In this document: positions 35,301-50,300 of the stretch, one piece after another | How positions within the stretch are numbered: position 1 is the stretch's first letter | How the letters are laid out: every line of letters begins with the position of its first letter | Source: Leucoraja ocellata | Lineage: Eukaryota | Direction: 5' to 3' | Assembly (NCBI GenBank): GCA_036785375.1 | Contig: JAWMAR010000033.1 | Span: forward strand, 9,548,001-9,612,000 | Length of the DNA stretch: 64,000 nt | Notes under the pieces: model-generated | What the model was told of the DNA's origin: nothing | The model's input: the letters and a program-made list of their open reading frames with translations, nothing else | The model's database searches: none | Translations under genes and position numbers: made by a program

Positions 35301-38300
35301 ATTGTCCCCACCAGCTAAATAATTGCACAAATGATTATTATTTGAGATCCACTGGAGCTCAGTTACTGAGATTTTTATTGGATCTTTTTCAGCCAAAGCT
35401 TCTACATAAAGTTGTGGAATGCCTGGAAGCAATAGACTTTGTCACCATCACCCTTTCCAAGGGAGATTCCAAGTTCATGGTAAGTAATATTTCTCCAGTT
35501 GCTGCAATGAGAAAACAATAAACAAAAGCAGAATTTTACTTTTTTGTCAGTCTGGAATTGTCTCCCTTTCACCCATTGTATTAAAATCACAAATAAAATG
35601 ATGGAAGAGTGGATTTTAGATGACTTCATCAAATATGTATATACCAACATCCTAGTCATAATCATATTCCTGTGGTGGCACGGTGGCGCAGCGGTAGAGT
35701 TGCTGCCTTACCGCGCTTGCAGCGCCAGAGACCCGGGATCGATCCCGACTACGGGTGCTGTCTGTACGGAGTTTGTACTTTCTCCCCGTGACCGCGTGTG
35801 TTTTCTCCGAGACCTCCAGTTTCCTCCCACACTCCAAAGACGTACAGGTTTGTAGGTTAATTGGCTTGGTTTTGTATACTTGGTATAAGTGTCCCTAGTG
35901 TGTGTAGGCTTGTGTTAATGTGCGGGGATCGCTGGTCCGTGCGGACACGGTGAGCCGAAGGGCCTGTTGCTGCACTGTATCTCTAAACTAAACCGCATGG
36001 AAGCAGGCCCTTCAGCCTACCTTGTCATATTGAGCTAGTCCCATTTGCCTGTGTTTGTCCCATAGCCCTCTAAACCGTTCCTATCTATCTTGTCCAAATG
36101 TCTTTGAAAAGTCATAATTTTATCCACTTCCATAGCTTCCTCTGGTTCTTTCCAGATATGGACTACACTCTGTGAAAACAATTCTCCTGAATTCCCTCAT
36201 AAATCTCTTCCTTATGACATAGGCTTAGATTCATCAGGATCTTAAAGTTATGCCGTCTAGGTTTAGATTCCTCGACTCTGAAATAGATTGTGAGCGTTCA
36301 CATTATCCATGCCTCTCAGGATCTTGTACATCTTAATAAGGTCACCCCTCGGCCTCCTATGCTCCAAAGAAAAAAGTCCTTGCCTATCTAACCTCTCCAT
36401 GTAATTCAAACCTGCAAACCCAGGCAACATCCAGATGAATCTCCGCTGCACCCTTTCCAGCTGAATGATATTTTCATTTAGCTGGGTGACCAGAACTCCA
36501 TATTGTACTCCATTCAGTACTGGATAGTTTTGGGGCCATTGCTTTGATGACAAATTAGACTGTCTGTGGAACTGATGCGCTATAATACTGAGAACTAATT
36601 CTGCACTCTGTATCTTCCCCTTTGCTCTATCTATTGTAGAAACATAGAAAATAGGTGCAGGAGTAGCCAATTCGGCCCTTCGAGCCTGCACCGCCATTCA
36701 ATATAATCATGGCTGATCATCCAACTCCGTATCCTGTACCTGCTTTCTCTCCATACCCCCTGATCCCTTTAGCCACAAGGGACACATCTAACTCCCTCTT
36801 ATATATAGCCAATGAACTGGCCTCAAATACATTCTGTGGCAGAGACTTCCACAGATTCACCACTCTGTGTAAAAAATGTTTTTCTCATCTCAGTCCTAAA
36901 AGATTTCCCCTTTATCCTTAAACTGTGACCCCTTGTTCTGGACTTCCCCAACATCGGGAACAATCTTCCTGCATCTAGCCTGTCCAACCCCTTAAGAATT
37001 TTGTAATTTTCTATAAGATCCCCCCTCAATCTTCTAAATTATAGCGAGTACAAGCCGAGTCTATCCAGTCTTTCTTCATATGAACGTCCTGACATCCCAG
37101 GAATCAGTCTGGTGAATCTTTGTACTTGAGTTGTACTTGAGTTTAACTTAATTGTATTTATTTATATCCAGTATTACCTGATCTGATTAGATAGCATGCA
37201 AAACAAAGCTTTCCACTGTACCTCAGTACAGGTGACAATTATAAACCTGAAGTTAAACATGTTAAATGCATCGATACTATTCACTTCACCCACTCCCTGG
37301 AGCAGGGAGTTGCACATTTTCACCACTCTTTTGATACAGGTATAACAATTTCTTTGGAATGTTCTAATTTCTTGGTAATTGAATCGTGATAGCTTCTGGT
37401 AATACTGTTTCCTGTTTTCCTAAATCTACTCTATCAAAACGATTTTCAATTGCCGTTTCAAAACAAGGTCCCTTAAAACAAACGGGTTGAGCTTGAGTTA
37501 TTGCTAATCAATATGAACCTCTACAAAGGAATGTAAGAGGATGCACTTTGGGTTTCATCCAGATCTTTGAAATCAAGTCAGTAATGTTTATCTTAAATTG
37601 CTTCCTGTGGGTAAACTGACACCTTCATTTTATCATTTCAGTCTTTGCTATTCTTTTAAACTTGAAGCACCTGATCTGTGGAAGGTTTTGAACTTTTAAT
37701 CACATGTTTTCCCTCTGCTTTTGAAGTATTCTGACAAGTGTGGCGAGCTTTCTGTAGGAGTGGCAGAACACTGCTGGTTTACACTTCAGAAGTCTGTTCA
37801 TTGATCTTGGTTTAAGATCATCATGAAAGACACTGTGGTGTCTGTTCACCTGCAACTCTCGTGGCTTTTGAAAACACGAGTTAATTGACTTTCCTCGTAA
37901 AGAGGTGTGAAGTACAATTTGATATATAAATATCAAAATTAATTTTGGTGTTGAATTACAAGCACAATAACGGTGTCTCCCAAACAAAGATCTTATTATC
38001 TCTTGTCAAGATGTGAAGTGATTTTGTTGATTGTGACACGGCTCAGATTGCTGTAACAGGCTACAGAATGAAGTCGGCAGAGTTTGTGGCAATGACACAT
38101 CTCTCCCTGATGAGCGCAATGTGTTTTGTGGTGATTTTGAACAGTAGATCAATGGGCTGATGTTGACTGCACCAACAGCCTCGGGTGTATCTCTACACAC
38201 AGTCACCATCACACACATCAGATCGGTCTTTCTGAGATTGGAAACCCCTGGAAACTGACTGGCAAGGAAGGAGACTTGTCTGTGTCCTCAGAACCTGTAC

Positions 38301-41300
38301 GGACTAGCTGGCAGGAGCATCCGCTGACATATTTAACTTAGTCCTACTCCAAACTGAGATTCCCACCTGATTGAAGAAGACCGTTATCCTCTTGGTGACA
38401 AGGTAGCGTGCCTTAGTGACTACTGCCCAGTGGATCTGACATCCATCATCAATCAGCATGTGCTTCAAGAGGCCGGTCATGGTGCACATCGTCATCAGAC
38501 TCCCAGACAGCCTTGATCCACTGCCACAACAAGTCAATACACAATAGGTGCAGGAGTAGGCCATTCGGCCCTTCGAGCCAGCACCGCCATTCAATGTGAT
38601 CATGGCTGATCATCCCCAATCAGTACCCCGTTCCTGCCTTCTCCCCATATCCCCTGACTCCGCTAGTTTTAAGAGCCCTATCTAGCTCTCTCTTGAAAGC
38701 ATCCAGAGAACCTGCCTCCACCACCCTCTGAGGCAGAGACCTTGGCAGATGACATCTCCATGGCCCCACCCTCGTCCCCAGAACATCAGGATAACAAGGA
38801 CATTGATGTAGATGTGACTCTATTCACTATGGGTCCACATTCAATGCCATAATTCCAACCAAACTCAAGTCCAGACTCCTGGACTAGGGCTCAGTGCAGC
38901 CCTCTGCAACTGGATCCTTGACTTCCTGATCCGGAGACTGCAATGAGCAAGGATAGGCAACGAAACATCCTCCACAATTCTCAACACCAATGCCCCAAAG
39001 GGATGCATTCTTATCCCCTTACTTTCCTCCGTAAACTCTCAAGACTGTGTGGCCAAATTCAACTCGGACCCCGTTTATACATTTGCAGATGACAGCGCCA
39101 TGCTGAGCTAGATCTCGACCAATGATGAAACAGAGAGCTTAGTAGCGTCACGTCAAGACAACAACCACTCCCTCAGTGACAGCAAATTCCAAGAGTTGGT
39201 CAATAACTTCAGGAAGTGGGGTGGTGTACACGCCCCAGTCTACATCAGTGGGGACGGTCAGAAGCTTCAGGTTTGCTCGGTGTAAATATCACCCACGGCA
39301 AGTATCACCTACTTTCCCAGCACGGCCAAGAAAGTACACCAACACCTCTACTTCCTCCGAAAGGGGCAGCGTTAGAGTTGCTGCCTCACAGCGAATGCAC
39401 GCTGGAGACCCGGGCTCAATCTTGACTACGGCTGCTGTTTGTACGGAGTTTGTACGTTCTCCCCGTGACCTGCGTGGGTGTTCTTTGAGATCTTCGGTTT
39501 CCTCCCACACTCCAAAAACGTACAGGTTTGTAGGTTAATTGGTTTGGTAAATGTAAAAATTGTCCCTAGTGGGTGTAGGATAGTGTTAATATGTGGGGAT
39601 CGCTGGTCGACGTGGACCCGGTAGGCTGAAAGGGCGTGTTTCCACGCCATATCACGAAACTAAACTAAAAAAAATTGATATGTCTCCAATAACTCTTACC
39701 AATTTCTACTGATACTCCAATATAATGTGATGTGTTGGAATGTATCACAGGTTGATGTGGCAATTGTTTGGTCCATCACAAAAATAGCAGAGTTGTGAAA
39801 GCAGCAGGTCCAAACTTTAAATGTGATGTATTCATTAGCCATTTGAGTTACTTCTGTTAACTCTTTCTGCTTTCTGTTTTGTATTCAGCTTGCTTTTAAT
39901 TCTGCTACTTCTCATTCACTCCATATGTTCTATCATGGTTTGAATCTATTTTACAGTACCTTTTTGAAGGCCTTATAATCAATTCCTGTTTTCAATAGAG
40001 TTGTGGTTCAGAACTTTTACAGTTCTGCTGGAGGTTCAACTTTTATAATTAGTGGTTTTTCTTTATTGGGATGCGTCGCAGCTTGGTTTGGGGCCAGCTT
40101 CATCCAAGACTGCAAGAAATGGCAGAGAATTGTGGACGCAGCCCAGACCATCACACAAACCAACCTCCAGCATACCACAAACCAAGGCCACCAGCATAAT
40201 CAAGGATGAGTTGCACCTCTCTTCTCCCCTCTCCCATCAAGCACGAGCTACAGAAATGTGAAAACACACACCCCCACATTCAGCGAGTTTCTTCCCAGCT
40301 GTTACCAGGCAACTGAACCACCCTACTGGATAATTAGACAACTGGGATTCTTGAAACTTTAGACAGCACAGTGGTGCAGCAGTAGAGTTGCTGCCTTACA
40401 GCGCCAGATCCCCAGGTTGGATCCCAACCACAGGTGCTGTCTGTATGGAGTTTGTACATTCTCCCTGTGACCACATGGGTTTTCTCCGAGCACTCCGATT
40501 TCCGCCTACATTCCAAAGATATAGAGGTTTTCAAGTTAATAGACTTCTGTAAATTGCCCCTAGTGGGTAGGATACAAAACTGGGTAACATGGAACTTGGT
40601 GCTTGGGTGATCATTGGTTTGCACAGACTCGGTGGGCACAAGTGCTTGGTTCCATGCTGTATCTCTAAAATAAACTAAATTCTAATGTGATGTTTATATT
40701 CAACTAAACTCTTTATAATTTCTTGGGAACTTTACTTTCAAAAAGAAAATAAATCTCTCTGAAAGGAGAAACAAAGTCAACCTGTATGGGTAGGAACGGT
40801 TTAAATCGAAGACAGACACTCAGCGGGACAGGCAGCATCTCTGGAGAGAAGGGATGGGTGCCATTTTGGGTTGAGACCCTTTTTCAGACTGATTAGATTC
40901 AGTCTAAAGAAGGTTCTCGACCCGAAACATCACCCATTCCTTCTCTCCAGAGATGCTGCCTGTCCCGCTGAGTTGCATTTTGTGTCTAACAAAGTCAATA
41001 TTTCAGGTTAAGACCAATCACCTAGTTACATTAATTCTTTGCTCTGGCCACAAGGCTGATGGCCTGATTAATCTTTCCAGCATCTTCGGTTTATCTCAGA
41101 TTTGCCACGTTCCTACGGCAGCTGAGGAAACACACAATCTGCCACAGGCAATGATGGTCCAATTCTATACTGTCATCATAGAGTCTGTCCTCACCTTCTC
41201 CATCATGGTCTGGTTTGGCTCAGCCACCAAGCACGACATCCAGAGGCTGCAGCGAATAGTCCGATCCGCGGAGAAGGTTATTGGCAGCAACCTTCCCTCC

Positions 41301-44300
41301 ATTGATGAACCATACACTGCAAGGGCCAGGAAGCGAGGGGGTAAGATTGTCTCTGCCCCTCACACCCTGGCCACAAACTCTTTGAATCACTTCCCTCTGG
41401 AAGGCGACTCCGGACTGTCAAAGCTGCCACCGCCAGACATAAAAGCAGGTAGTAGCTCTACTTAATAACCAAAGGTCTAGCCTCCATTTGCTCTGGTATT
41501 TTATTTCATTCACATGTTTAAACTAAAATGTCTATTCTTAATGTTTTATGTTTTGTTCTTAGTTGTTTACTGTATGTCGTGTTGTTACTTGTGAATGGAG
41601 CACCAAGGCAAATTCCTTGTATGTGTACATACTTGGCCAATAAACTTCCTTCATTCATTCATTAGTTCATTAATTAATTCATTCATTCATCTGCGGTGTT
41701 TTGCTTTTGAAAAGGTTTGAAATTCATGTTGCTGCCAAGCCCAAAGGCACGAGTTGATTTATGGAGAACTTGAAAAATAATATCTACCTGGCCGTCTGCT
41801 CCTGTAAAAAAACGTTTGTTTTTTTTATTATTGAAGTGGGTGGGGTGAAGATCAATGAAAACTAAATGATCAGTACAGCTGCTGACATGCCTGAAGCTAT
41901 GGCTGCACTCCCATTAAAACCTTTTGGTTTTATGCCATATGCATTGCCCTCCATAATGTTTGGGACAAAGACCCGTCATTTATTTATTTGATCTGTGCTC
42001 CACAATTTGAGATTTGCAATAGAAAAAAATCACATGTGGTTAAAGTGCACATTGTCAGATTTTAATTAAGGCCATTTTTATACATTTTGGTTTCACCATG
42101 TAGAAATCACAGCTGTGTTTATACATAATCCCCCCATTTCAGGGCACCATAATGTTTGGGACACAGCAATGTCGTGTAAATGAAACTAGTCATGTTTAGT
42201 ATTTTGGTGCAAATCCTTTGCATGCAATGACTGCTTGAAGTCTGCGATGCATGGACATCAACATTTGCTGGGTGACTTCTCTGGTACGGCTCTGCCAAAC
42301 CTGTATTGCAGCCATCTTTAGCTTATGCTTGATTTGGGGGCTAGTCCCCTTCAGTTTTCTCTTCATCATATACATAGAAACGTAGAAAATAGGTGCAGGA
42401 GTAGGCCATTCAACCCTTCGAGCCTGGACCGCCATTCAATATGATCATGGCTGATCATCCAACTCAGTATCCTGTACCTGCCTTCTCTCCATACCCCCTG
42501 ATCCCTTTAGCCACAAGTGCCACATCCAACTCAAAATTCAGATCGGGTGATTGACTTCACCATTCCAGAATTGACCGTTTTTTAGCTTTGAAAAATTACT
42601 TTGTTGCTTTATCAGTTTGTTTGGGATCATTGTCTTACTGTAGAATGAACCGCCGGCCAATGAGTTTTTAGGCATTTGTTTGAACTTGAGCAGATAGGAC
42701 GTGTCTATACACTTCAGAATTCATTATGCTACTACCATCAGCAGTTGTATCATCAATGAAGATAAGTGAGCCAGTACCTTCAGTAGTCATACATGCCCAG
42801 GCCATAACACCCCCACCACTGTGTTTCACAGATGAGGTGGTATGCTTTGGATCTTGAGCAGTTCATTCTCTCCTCTATACTTTGCTCTTGCCATTATTCT
42901 GATACAAGTTAATCTTCATCTCATCTGCCCGCAAGACCTTTTTCCCGAACTGGGGTTGCTATTTTAAGTACTTCTTGGCAAACTGTAACCTGGCCATCCT
43001 ATTTTTGCAGCTAACCAGTGGTTTGCATCTTGCAGTGTAGCCTCTGTATTTCTGTTCATGAAGTCTTCTGCGGACAGTGGTCATTGACAAATCCACACCT
43101 GACTCCTGAAGAGTGTTTCTGATCTGTCGGACAGGTGTATGGGGATCTTTCTTTATTATAGAGAGAATTCTTCTGTCATCAGCTGTAGAGGTCTTCCTTG
43201 GCCTGCCAGTCCCTTTGTGATTAGTAAGCTCACCAGTGCTCTTTGTTCTTGATGACGTTCCAAACAGTTGATTTTGGTAAGCCTAAGGTTTGGCTGATGC
43301 CTTAACAATTTTATTCTCATAATGGATTATTTGACTTTCATTGGCACAACTTTGGTCCTCGCGTTGATAAACAGCAATAAAAGTTTCCAAAGGTGATGGA
43401 AAGACTGGAGGAAAGACTAGTGATGAGAGCTCTCTTATACCTGCATTAAGAAGGCAATTAAACACACCTGAGCAATACAATGAGGCCACCAAACATTATG
43501 GTGCCCTGAAAAGGGGGGACTATGTATAAACACAGCTGTAATTTCTACATGGTGAAACCAAAATGTATAAACATGGCATTTAATCAAATCTGACAATATG
43601 CTTTTAACCACATATGGTTTATTTCTATCACAAATATCAAATTGTGGAATACGGAGGCAAATAAATAAATGATGGGTCTTTGTCCCAAACATTATGGAAG
43701 GCACTGTATGCTGGATGTAATTCATGTAATTATGCAATTTAATTACAGGGCTGTTTACTTTAAATTGGTTTTAAATGGCGTTAAAAGAGAGGACATTTGC
43801 ATAAATATTGTGAGTGTGTATGTGAGGGTTGTGGCTGTTACAAAATGTACTTTGAGGTCTGCCAATGATGGTAGTTGGGATTACAATAAACCCGCTTAAT
43901 GACCGCAGTCAGCACGTGAAGTAAGAAACAATTATTCTGATTTATATTATCTCCTTTAGGTTCTTGTGATGTTCCTTCAACAGCATAGAAATCATTTGTT
44001 CTCATCCTCTGTCTCGGCCTGAAATGTCACTTATCCATGTTCTCCAGCACTCGGTGTCCTTTAGTGTATTAACCAGCATCTGCAGTTAGGGCATAAAGTC
44101 CTATGGGCTGCACAGTGGATGTGAATGCAGTCCTGAGTAACGTGCCTTACTCACCTTTACCTAACATGAGCGAGTACTGATAATGTCATAGCACAGCAGC
44201 AGCCTCAATATCCATGTCCCCATTGTACCCATCCATGCTAATCTCAGTTATCCACATTAAGTCCGTAACCTTCTCTGCCTTGGTGAATCAGGTGTTTGTC

Positions 44301-47300
44301 TCTTGATGCTTCCTAAATATTGTGTCTGTGCGTATGTCTGTGCGTGTGTGTACGCGTGTCTGCGTGTATACCTTCCCCATCTCTAGAACAACATATTTCA
44401 GACTGCACCAATCCTCTGTAACGAAAATTCCCCCTCACATTGGTGTGACGTCTGTATGGTCGTGAGTAGTCACCCAAAGAGTCGTACCTTTTTCTGGTCG
44501 CCGCTGGATTTTCAACATATTGAATATTTTCGGCGACCTGCTGCGACTATGACAGGTGCCGGCAGTCGGCGAATAAAACGCATAAGTGGAACAGGTCCAT
44601 AAGCATGCTACAACCCTGCAGGTATGCACGCCTGTAGCAGTGATGAAGAAATGAGATTTGAGAACTACATACCATGAAGAAGGATAAGAAGGCCTTTCAC
44701 AACAGAAAAAAAGAATTGCAGGATGTGGTCTCTCCAAACCCTGTGAATGGTATGCTCTGTAGGAAGCAGGAGACTACTAGCTAATTGGCTGCAGGTCTCA
44801 TTTTGGCCTGATAATTGATTTAATTGTTACTTTGAACTCAGTAGCTACTTCTTGAAAGTACAGGTTTAATGAAACGCAATGCTTGCAGCTGTAATTTACA
44901 GAGTCGATGAAAAATCTTGTACAAATTGTTAAAGGTAGTTTTACATGCATTGACGTTATTTTCGAAGTACCTGAATACAAAGGTGTCAGCTGTAATTGAT
45001 TTAATGTTGTACATGTAACTGCCCCAAACCAATTTCATTTAGTATCTCAGAACAGAAAGACGTTTTTTATTCCTTTAATCATTTTAAGCTTTTAACGTAT
45101 TGGTTAAAAATGTAAAATTCCATCAAAGTTTTCAAATCTCCATGTTAATATTCTTCAGAGCAGTTATAAAACGGTGGAGTTCAAAATACTTGACCTCGTT
45201 GTAAGGAGCTGAATGGTGCTGGTCTGGCCCCACACCTAGAATTGTCAGTGGCGCAGTAGTGGAACCGCTGCCTCACAGTGCCAGAGACCCAAGTTTGACC
45301 CTGACCATGGGTGCTGTCTGTGCAGAGTTTCTACGTTCTCCCAGTGACCGCTTGGGTTTCCTCCCACATTCCAAAGACGTACGGGTTTGTAGGTTAATTG
45401 GCCCCAGTGCGTAGGATGCAAAAGTGTGATAACATAGAACTAGTGTACGGAAATAGACACAAGCTGCTGGAGTAACTCAGCGGGACAGGCAGGAGAGAAG
45501 GAATGGGTGACCCTTCTTCAGACTGATGCAGAAGTGCAGTGTAGTTGTTCAGACTAGTGTATGGAAGATGGATGGTCGGAGTGGACTCAGTGGGCCAAAG
45601 GTCTGACACTAATCTACCGGAGAAGAGAACTAATCTCACTTGCCTTCTGTACCAGTACAATACAATACAATACAATACAATATATATTACATGTCATTTG
45701 AACCTCAGCGAGGCTCAAACGAAATTCCGTTTCCACAGCCATACAAACAAAGATAATTTCCCACAGACATACACACAATTCAATTTACAGAAACATCCAT
45801 CACAGTAAACCCACTGTGATGGAAGGCAAAGTCTTTTCTCTCCCCTGTTCTCCATTTCTCTCCTGATGTCGAAGCCCCCAGGCGGGCGATGGTGAGTCCC
45901 ACGGCCATTTTAGGCCGCGCCGGTCGATGTACGGCCCCGCTCCCGGTCTAAAAGTCACGGAGTTGGAGCCCCCGGCGGGCGCTGGAATGTCCCGCGGCCA
46001 TTAAGCCGCGCCAGGCGATGTACGGCCCGGCGCGGCTTAATATCGTTCCATCCCGCGACACGGGCGGGAGAAGTCGCGTTGCGGGAGCTCCGGAAAGCGG
46101 TCTCCATGCGGACCCGCGAGCTCCCGATGTCCCATTCCACCTGGAGCCTCCAAGCTACGTGGTCGGGCTGCAGCAGCGAGTCACCACCGCTCCCCACGAT
46201 CCGATGCCGGCCAGCCCCACGGTGGTAAGTCCGCAGCTCCGCAGGCTCCGTGACTGGAGCCCCCAGGTCGTCCAGGCTGCAGGCCGCTCCACGGTGCTAG
46301 GCCCCAAGACAAGAAGAGATTAAAAAAAGTTTCCCCCTTCCCCCGCCCCCCGTCCCCCACATATACAGATTTAAAAACACTTTTAAAAAACACAAACAAC
46401 TACATTTAACTAGACAGAAAATAAAAAAAAGACAGACAGGCTGTAGGGGCCACTGCAACAGGTGAGTTACACCGCCATCCAAATAAACCGTTGAACAGTG
46501 AAGTCTGAGTGACGACTTGGTTTCACCGATGCAGTGCTGACACTGTCACCCAGACAGGCTCAGACAGAAGATAAGGTGGGCAGCAGAGATTTGGCTCAAC
46601 ATTTGTTCTCTGATATTTAAAAACACAAAATAACTAAAACATTAAAAAAAAAACTCATCTTTCTCTCCCCGTTCAAACCCATCAAAGTCTTTAGAATCTC
46701 AGATCTAAATTGTGTCTTAGTGTCGATACTGCTGTAGATTGGAAGGTAGTGATGAATTTGCTGCTATATGTTAGTCAATATGTTTTGGAATTCTGCAATG
46801 GCAAATTCAGTCCAAAACTTACTAAAATGTGCCAATAATATTTAGCCCAATCATTTAGCGATGGATCCACCAGAATCACAGCGATCCAGACCACATTTAT
46901 CTGGTGGAGAAAAGGAATGGGTGACGCTTCGGGTCGAGACCTTCTTCAGAATGAGGGTCGGGGGAGAGGGAAAATAGGGATATGAAAAGTGTTCCTTTTT
47001 CCGCGCTGTGTCTCTAAACTACACTAAACTAAAAGAAAGTGACCAAATAGCTAGCCTGCCATTTTTGGCTTCACGTTTCTGGCAACTTGTTCAATGTGTT
47101 TTTTGCTGAAATGAAAAATTTGCAAAACCCTGAAATAAAATGATTTGTGGAATTTAATCATGCCCATACACTGTCACTTTTTAATTACAACCTATTTCTC
47201 AGCGGAAAGAGCCATTGACCACTTTTTGTAATAAAAGTGGATGCTGGCCGGGTGGTATAGATTGTGGTGAATTGTAACTGCGCTAAATTGAATACAGTGT

Positions 47301-50300
47301 TATTAGTGGTGAGGCAGGCAGCTGCTGCCTGTTGGTCTGTTTAGAATGAACTATTATCAGATAGTTGTGCATCTTTGAAGTGCTGGTTGAGACTTGGCCT
47401 GAAGCTTTGATAGCGGAGGCATCGATCAGGCATTAGTCTGTTTTACTACCTTGTCTGAATATTGATTGCCCGTTGAATCTCTGCTTTCTCTGCTTCCTTG
47501 CTTACCTGCTGGCACAGCCGGCCCAAGAAGTCTTTTTGTGACAGCTGCTTTGGAGACACAGGAAGTATTATTAAGTTTTAAACAACAGAGCCATTGTAAA
47601 CTTCATTTGGCTCAGACCGACCTTCCCTTACTGTGGTCTTACAGTATATTCTGTAACCATAATATCCTGATTTGACCTATGTTTCCAGACCCTTGCTGCG
47701 ACAATAAATGGCCTTCCCCACTTGCGCAATTTTCTTCGGCGACTGCCGGCACCCGTCATAGGTCGCCAAAAATTGTCAAAATGTCGACATGTATGTATGG
47801 TTGTGAGCAGTCGCCCAAAGAGTCGTACCTTTTTCTGGCCACTGTAGGATTTTCAACATTTTGAAATTTTCGGCGACCTGCTGCTACTATGACAGGGGTG
47901 GTCGGTGAGATTGCCACACACTAAAGGCAAATCTCCAGTCTATTTAATGTGTTGCCTTTAATGATGAGGATCAAAGAATCCCTGAACTACTTGGCCCATT
48001 GATCATTACAGGGTGACAACCACTACACACCTCAGTTTGCAACTCACCATTTCATAATGGATATCATAAAGGCTTTTTAACTGGATACAGTCTTGACCTC
48101 CTCACATCAAGAGTAACTGGCAGCATGCGTTTCTCAAAAGCGTTTGTTTTGTGATAGACTGAACCCATAGGATGGCCACAGCTCCACATAGAACCACATG
48201 GTACATCTGAACGACTACCTGAACTAAAAATCATAGCCTCAAACACATTGCTCCTTTGTGAGACTGGCATAGAGTCTTTGCTCACAGAAGATTCTTAGCA
48301 GATCAGCCCTCGTTGTGTGTACTTTGTAAGCAACTCTTGGTCGATGATTATTGGTGTTCAACTACATTGCCAACAACATTGCATTGATGAAGTAATAGGT
48401 GTCCTATTCCTTCTCTCCAGAGACGCTGCCTGCTCCGCTGACTTACTCCAGCTTCTTGTGTCTATCTTCACTGTAAACCAGCATCTGCAGTTCCTTCTTC
48501 TCATTCTATTTATAATTTGTATTTGCATAACACTAATGGCCCTGTCCCACAGTACGAGTTCATTTCCAAGAGCTCTCCCGAGTTTAAAAAAATCAAACTC
48601 GTGGTAAGCTCGGAGAATGAACGTAGCGGGTACGTCGGAGCTCGGGGACGTCGCTTAGCGGCTGGTAACGCTAACGGCAGGCACTCGGGAAGACTCGCTA
48701 ATGGCAGGTAAGCTCGGGAAGACCCGTGAAGATTTTTCGACATGTTGAAAAATGTCCACGAGAGCCCCGAGTACCGACGAGCGGCCATTACCGTAAATAT
48801 CCGAGTTCGAATCAGGGCAAACTCGGGAGAGAGCTCTTGGAATGAACTCGTACCGTGGGACAGGGCCGTTAAATTGTCAGTATTAAATCCCAAGGAAGAT
48901 GGATAAGGCCCATCAGACGACATGAATGAATTTGGTGAAGCTGACACAGGCGGCCTTTAATGAAGGAGCCATGTACAAGCAGCTGCTTGTAGATGCTCTA
49001 TTCTATGCTCAGTGTACATTGAGGAGGATTGCATATCTGTGGTTAGTAATAAAACCAGGTTGGATTATACTTAAGTAAAATATTTCTTCAGCGTGTAAGT
49101 TATGAACAATGTCACTAACAGCATTGGCGTTGCAGTTTTAGAAAGTCGGCAGCTCAATCTCCCTCCTGGGATAAATAAAGTTCTATCGTATTGTAAAAGT
49201 TCTCCTGTAATGAACTGCAGAAAATAGATTAGATATTTTCACTTGCAACTATTTTTCTAAAAGTAGGATTGCAGATTGTTTCATAATGCTCATGGTCGGT
49301 TAGAACTTATGAACAGTACAACCATGTGTCGGAGGGAGATGCAGATATTGGTTTAGATGGAAGATAGACACAAAAAGCTGGAGTAACTCAGCGGGACAGG
49401 CAGCATCTCTGGAGAGAAGGAATGGGTGATGTTTCGGGACATTTGTGTCTAACAGTACACCCATGATCCTTTTCTTTCTGAATGAACAAAAATACTTTGG
49501 ATTCAACACTTTTTGCTTCTCAAATGAAATTGCTCCTGTCAGGAACAGTTTGTTGTGCCCGGATGGAGCGTTGTGCATGGATTTTCCAGGAGCTACCTTG
49601 TCTCTCAGGCATAACACACACTGGTCAAAACGTCACCCATTCTTTCCCTCGATGCTGCCTCACCCGCTGAGTTACTCCAGCATTTTGTGGCTACGATTGC
49701 TCGTAAGGAGTTTGTACGTTCTCTCCGTGACCTGCATAGGTCTTCTCTTGGTGCTCTGGTATCCTCCCACATTCCAAAGACGTGCAGGTTTGTAGGTTAA
49801 TTGGCTTGGCATAATTGGAAATTATCTCTAGTGTGTGTGGAATAGTGTGAGTGTGCGGGGATCGCTGGTCGGCGCGGACTCGGTGGGCCTTTGGACCGGT
49901 GATTTAAAGTGTATTAAATATCGACATGCCCTGCCTGTTTTACCATAACATTTATAGTCTCTTGCAACTTATCACTATTCTCTTTACAGTTCACAATATT
50001 GCCACAAATCATCCCAAGAATTGTTTTTAAGTGAAACAAAATTTGAAGACGCCAATCTTTAGAGGACAGAATGTTACTTGTTTAATGATGCATAAATTAG
50101 TGTTAATGTTACTGTTTTGAGCAGGTTTAAACTATTCCCCACTTGGTGTTTGGCAAAAACGGAGTTGTTTAAAGATGATGTGGCTTGTGGTTCGAGTGGA
50201 ATATTTAATCAATCTGTATCATCCAGGTCATCAAGACAATCCCTTTCACAAAGATAAGCACACAGTGCTGGAGTAACACAACAGGTCAGGCAGCATCTCT

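Noticed and set aside
35677-35750. tRNA gene
   Set aside because: tRNA-like A/B boxes are the SINE head and continue into the V domain and LINE tail
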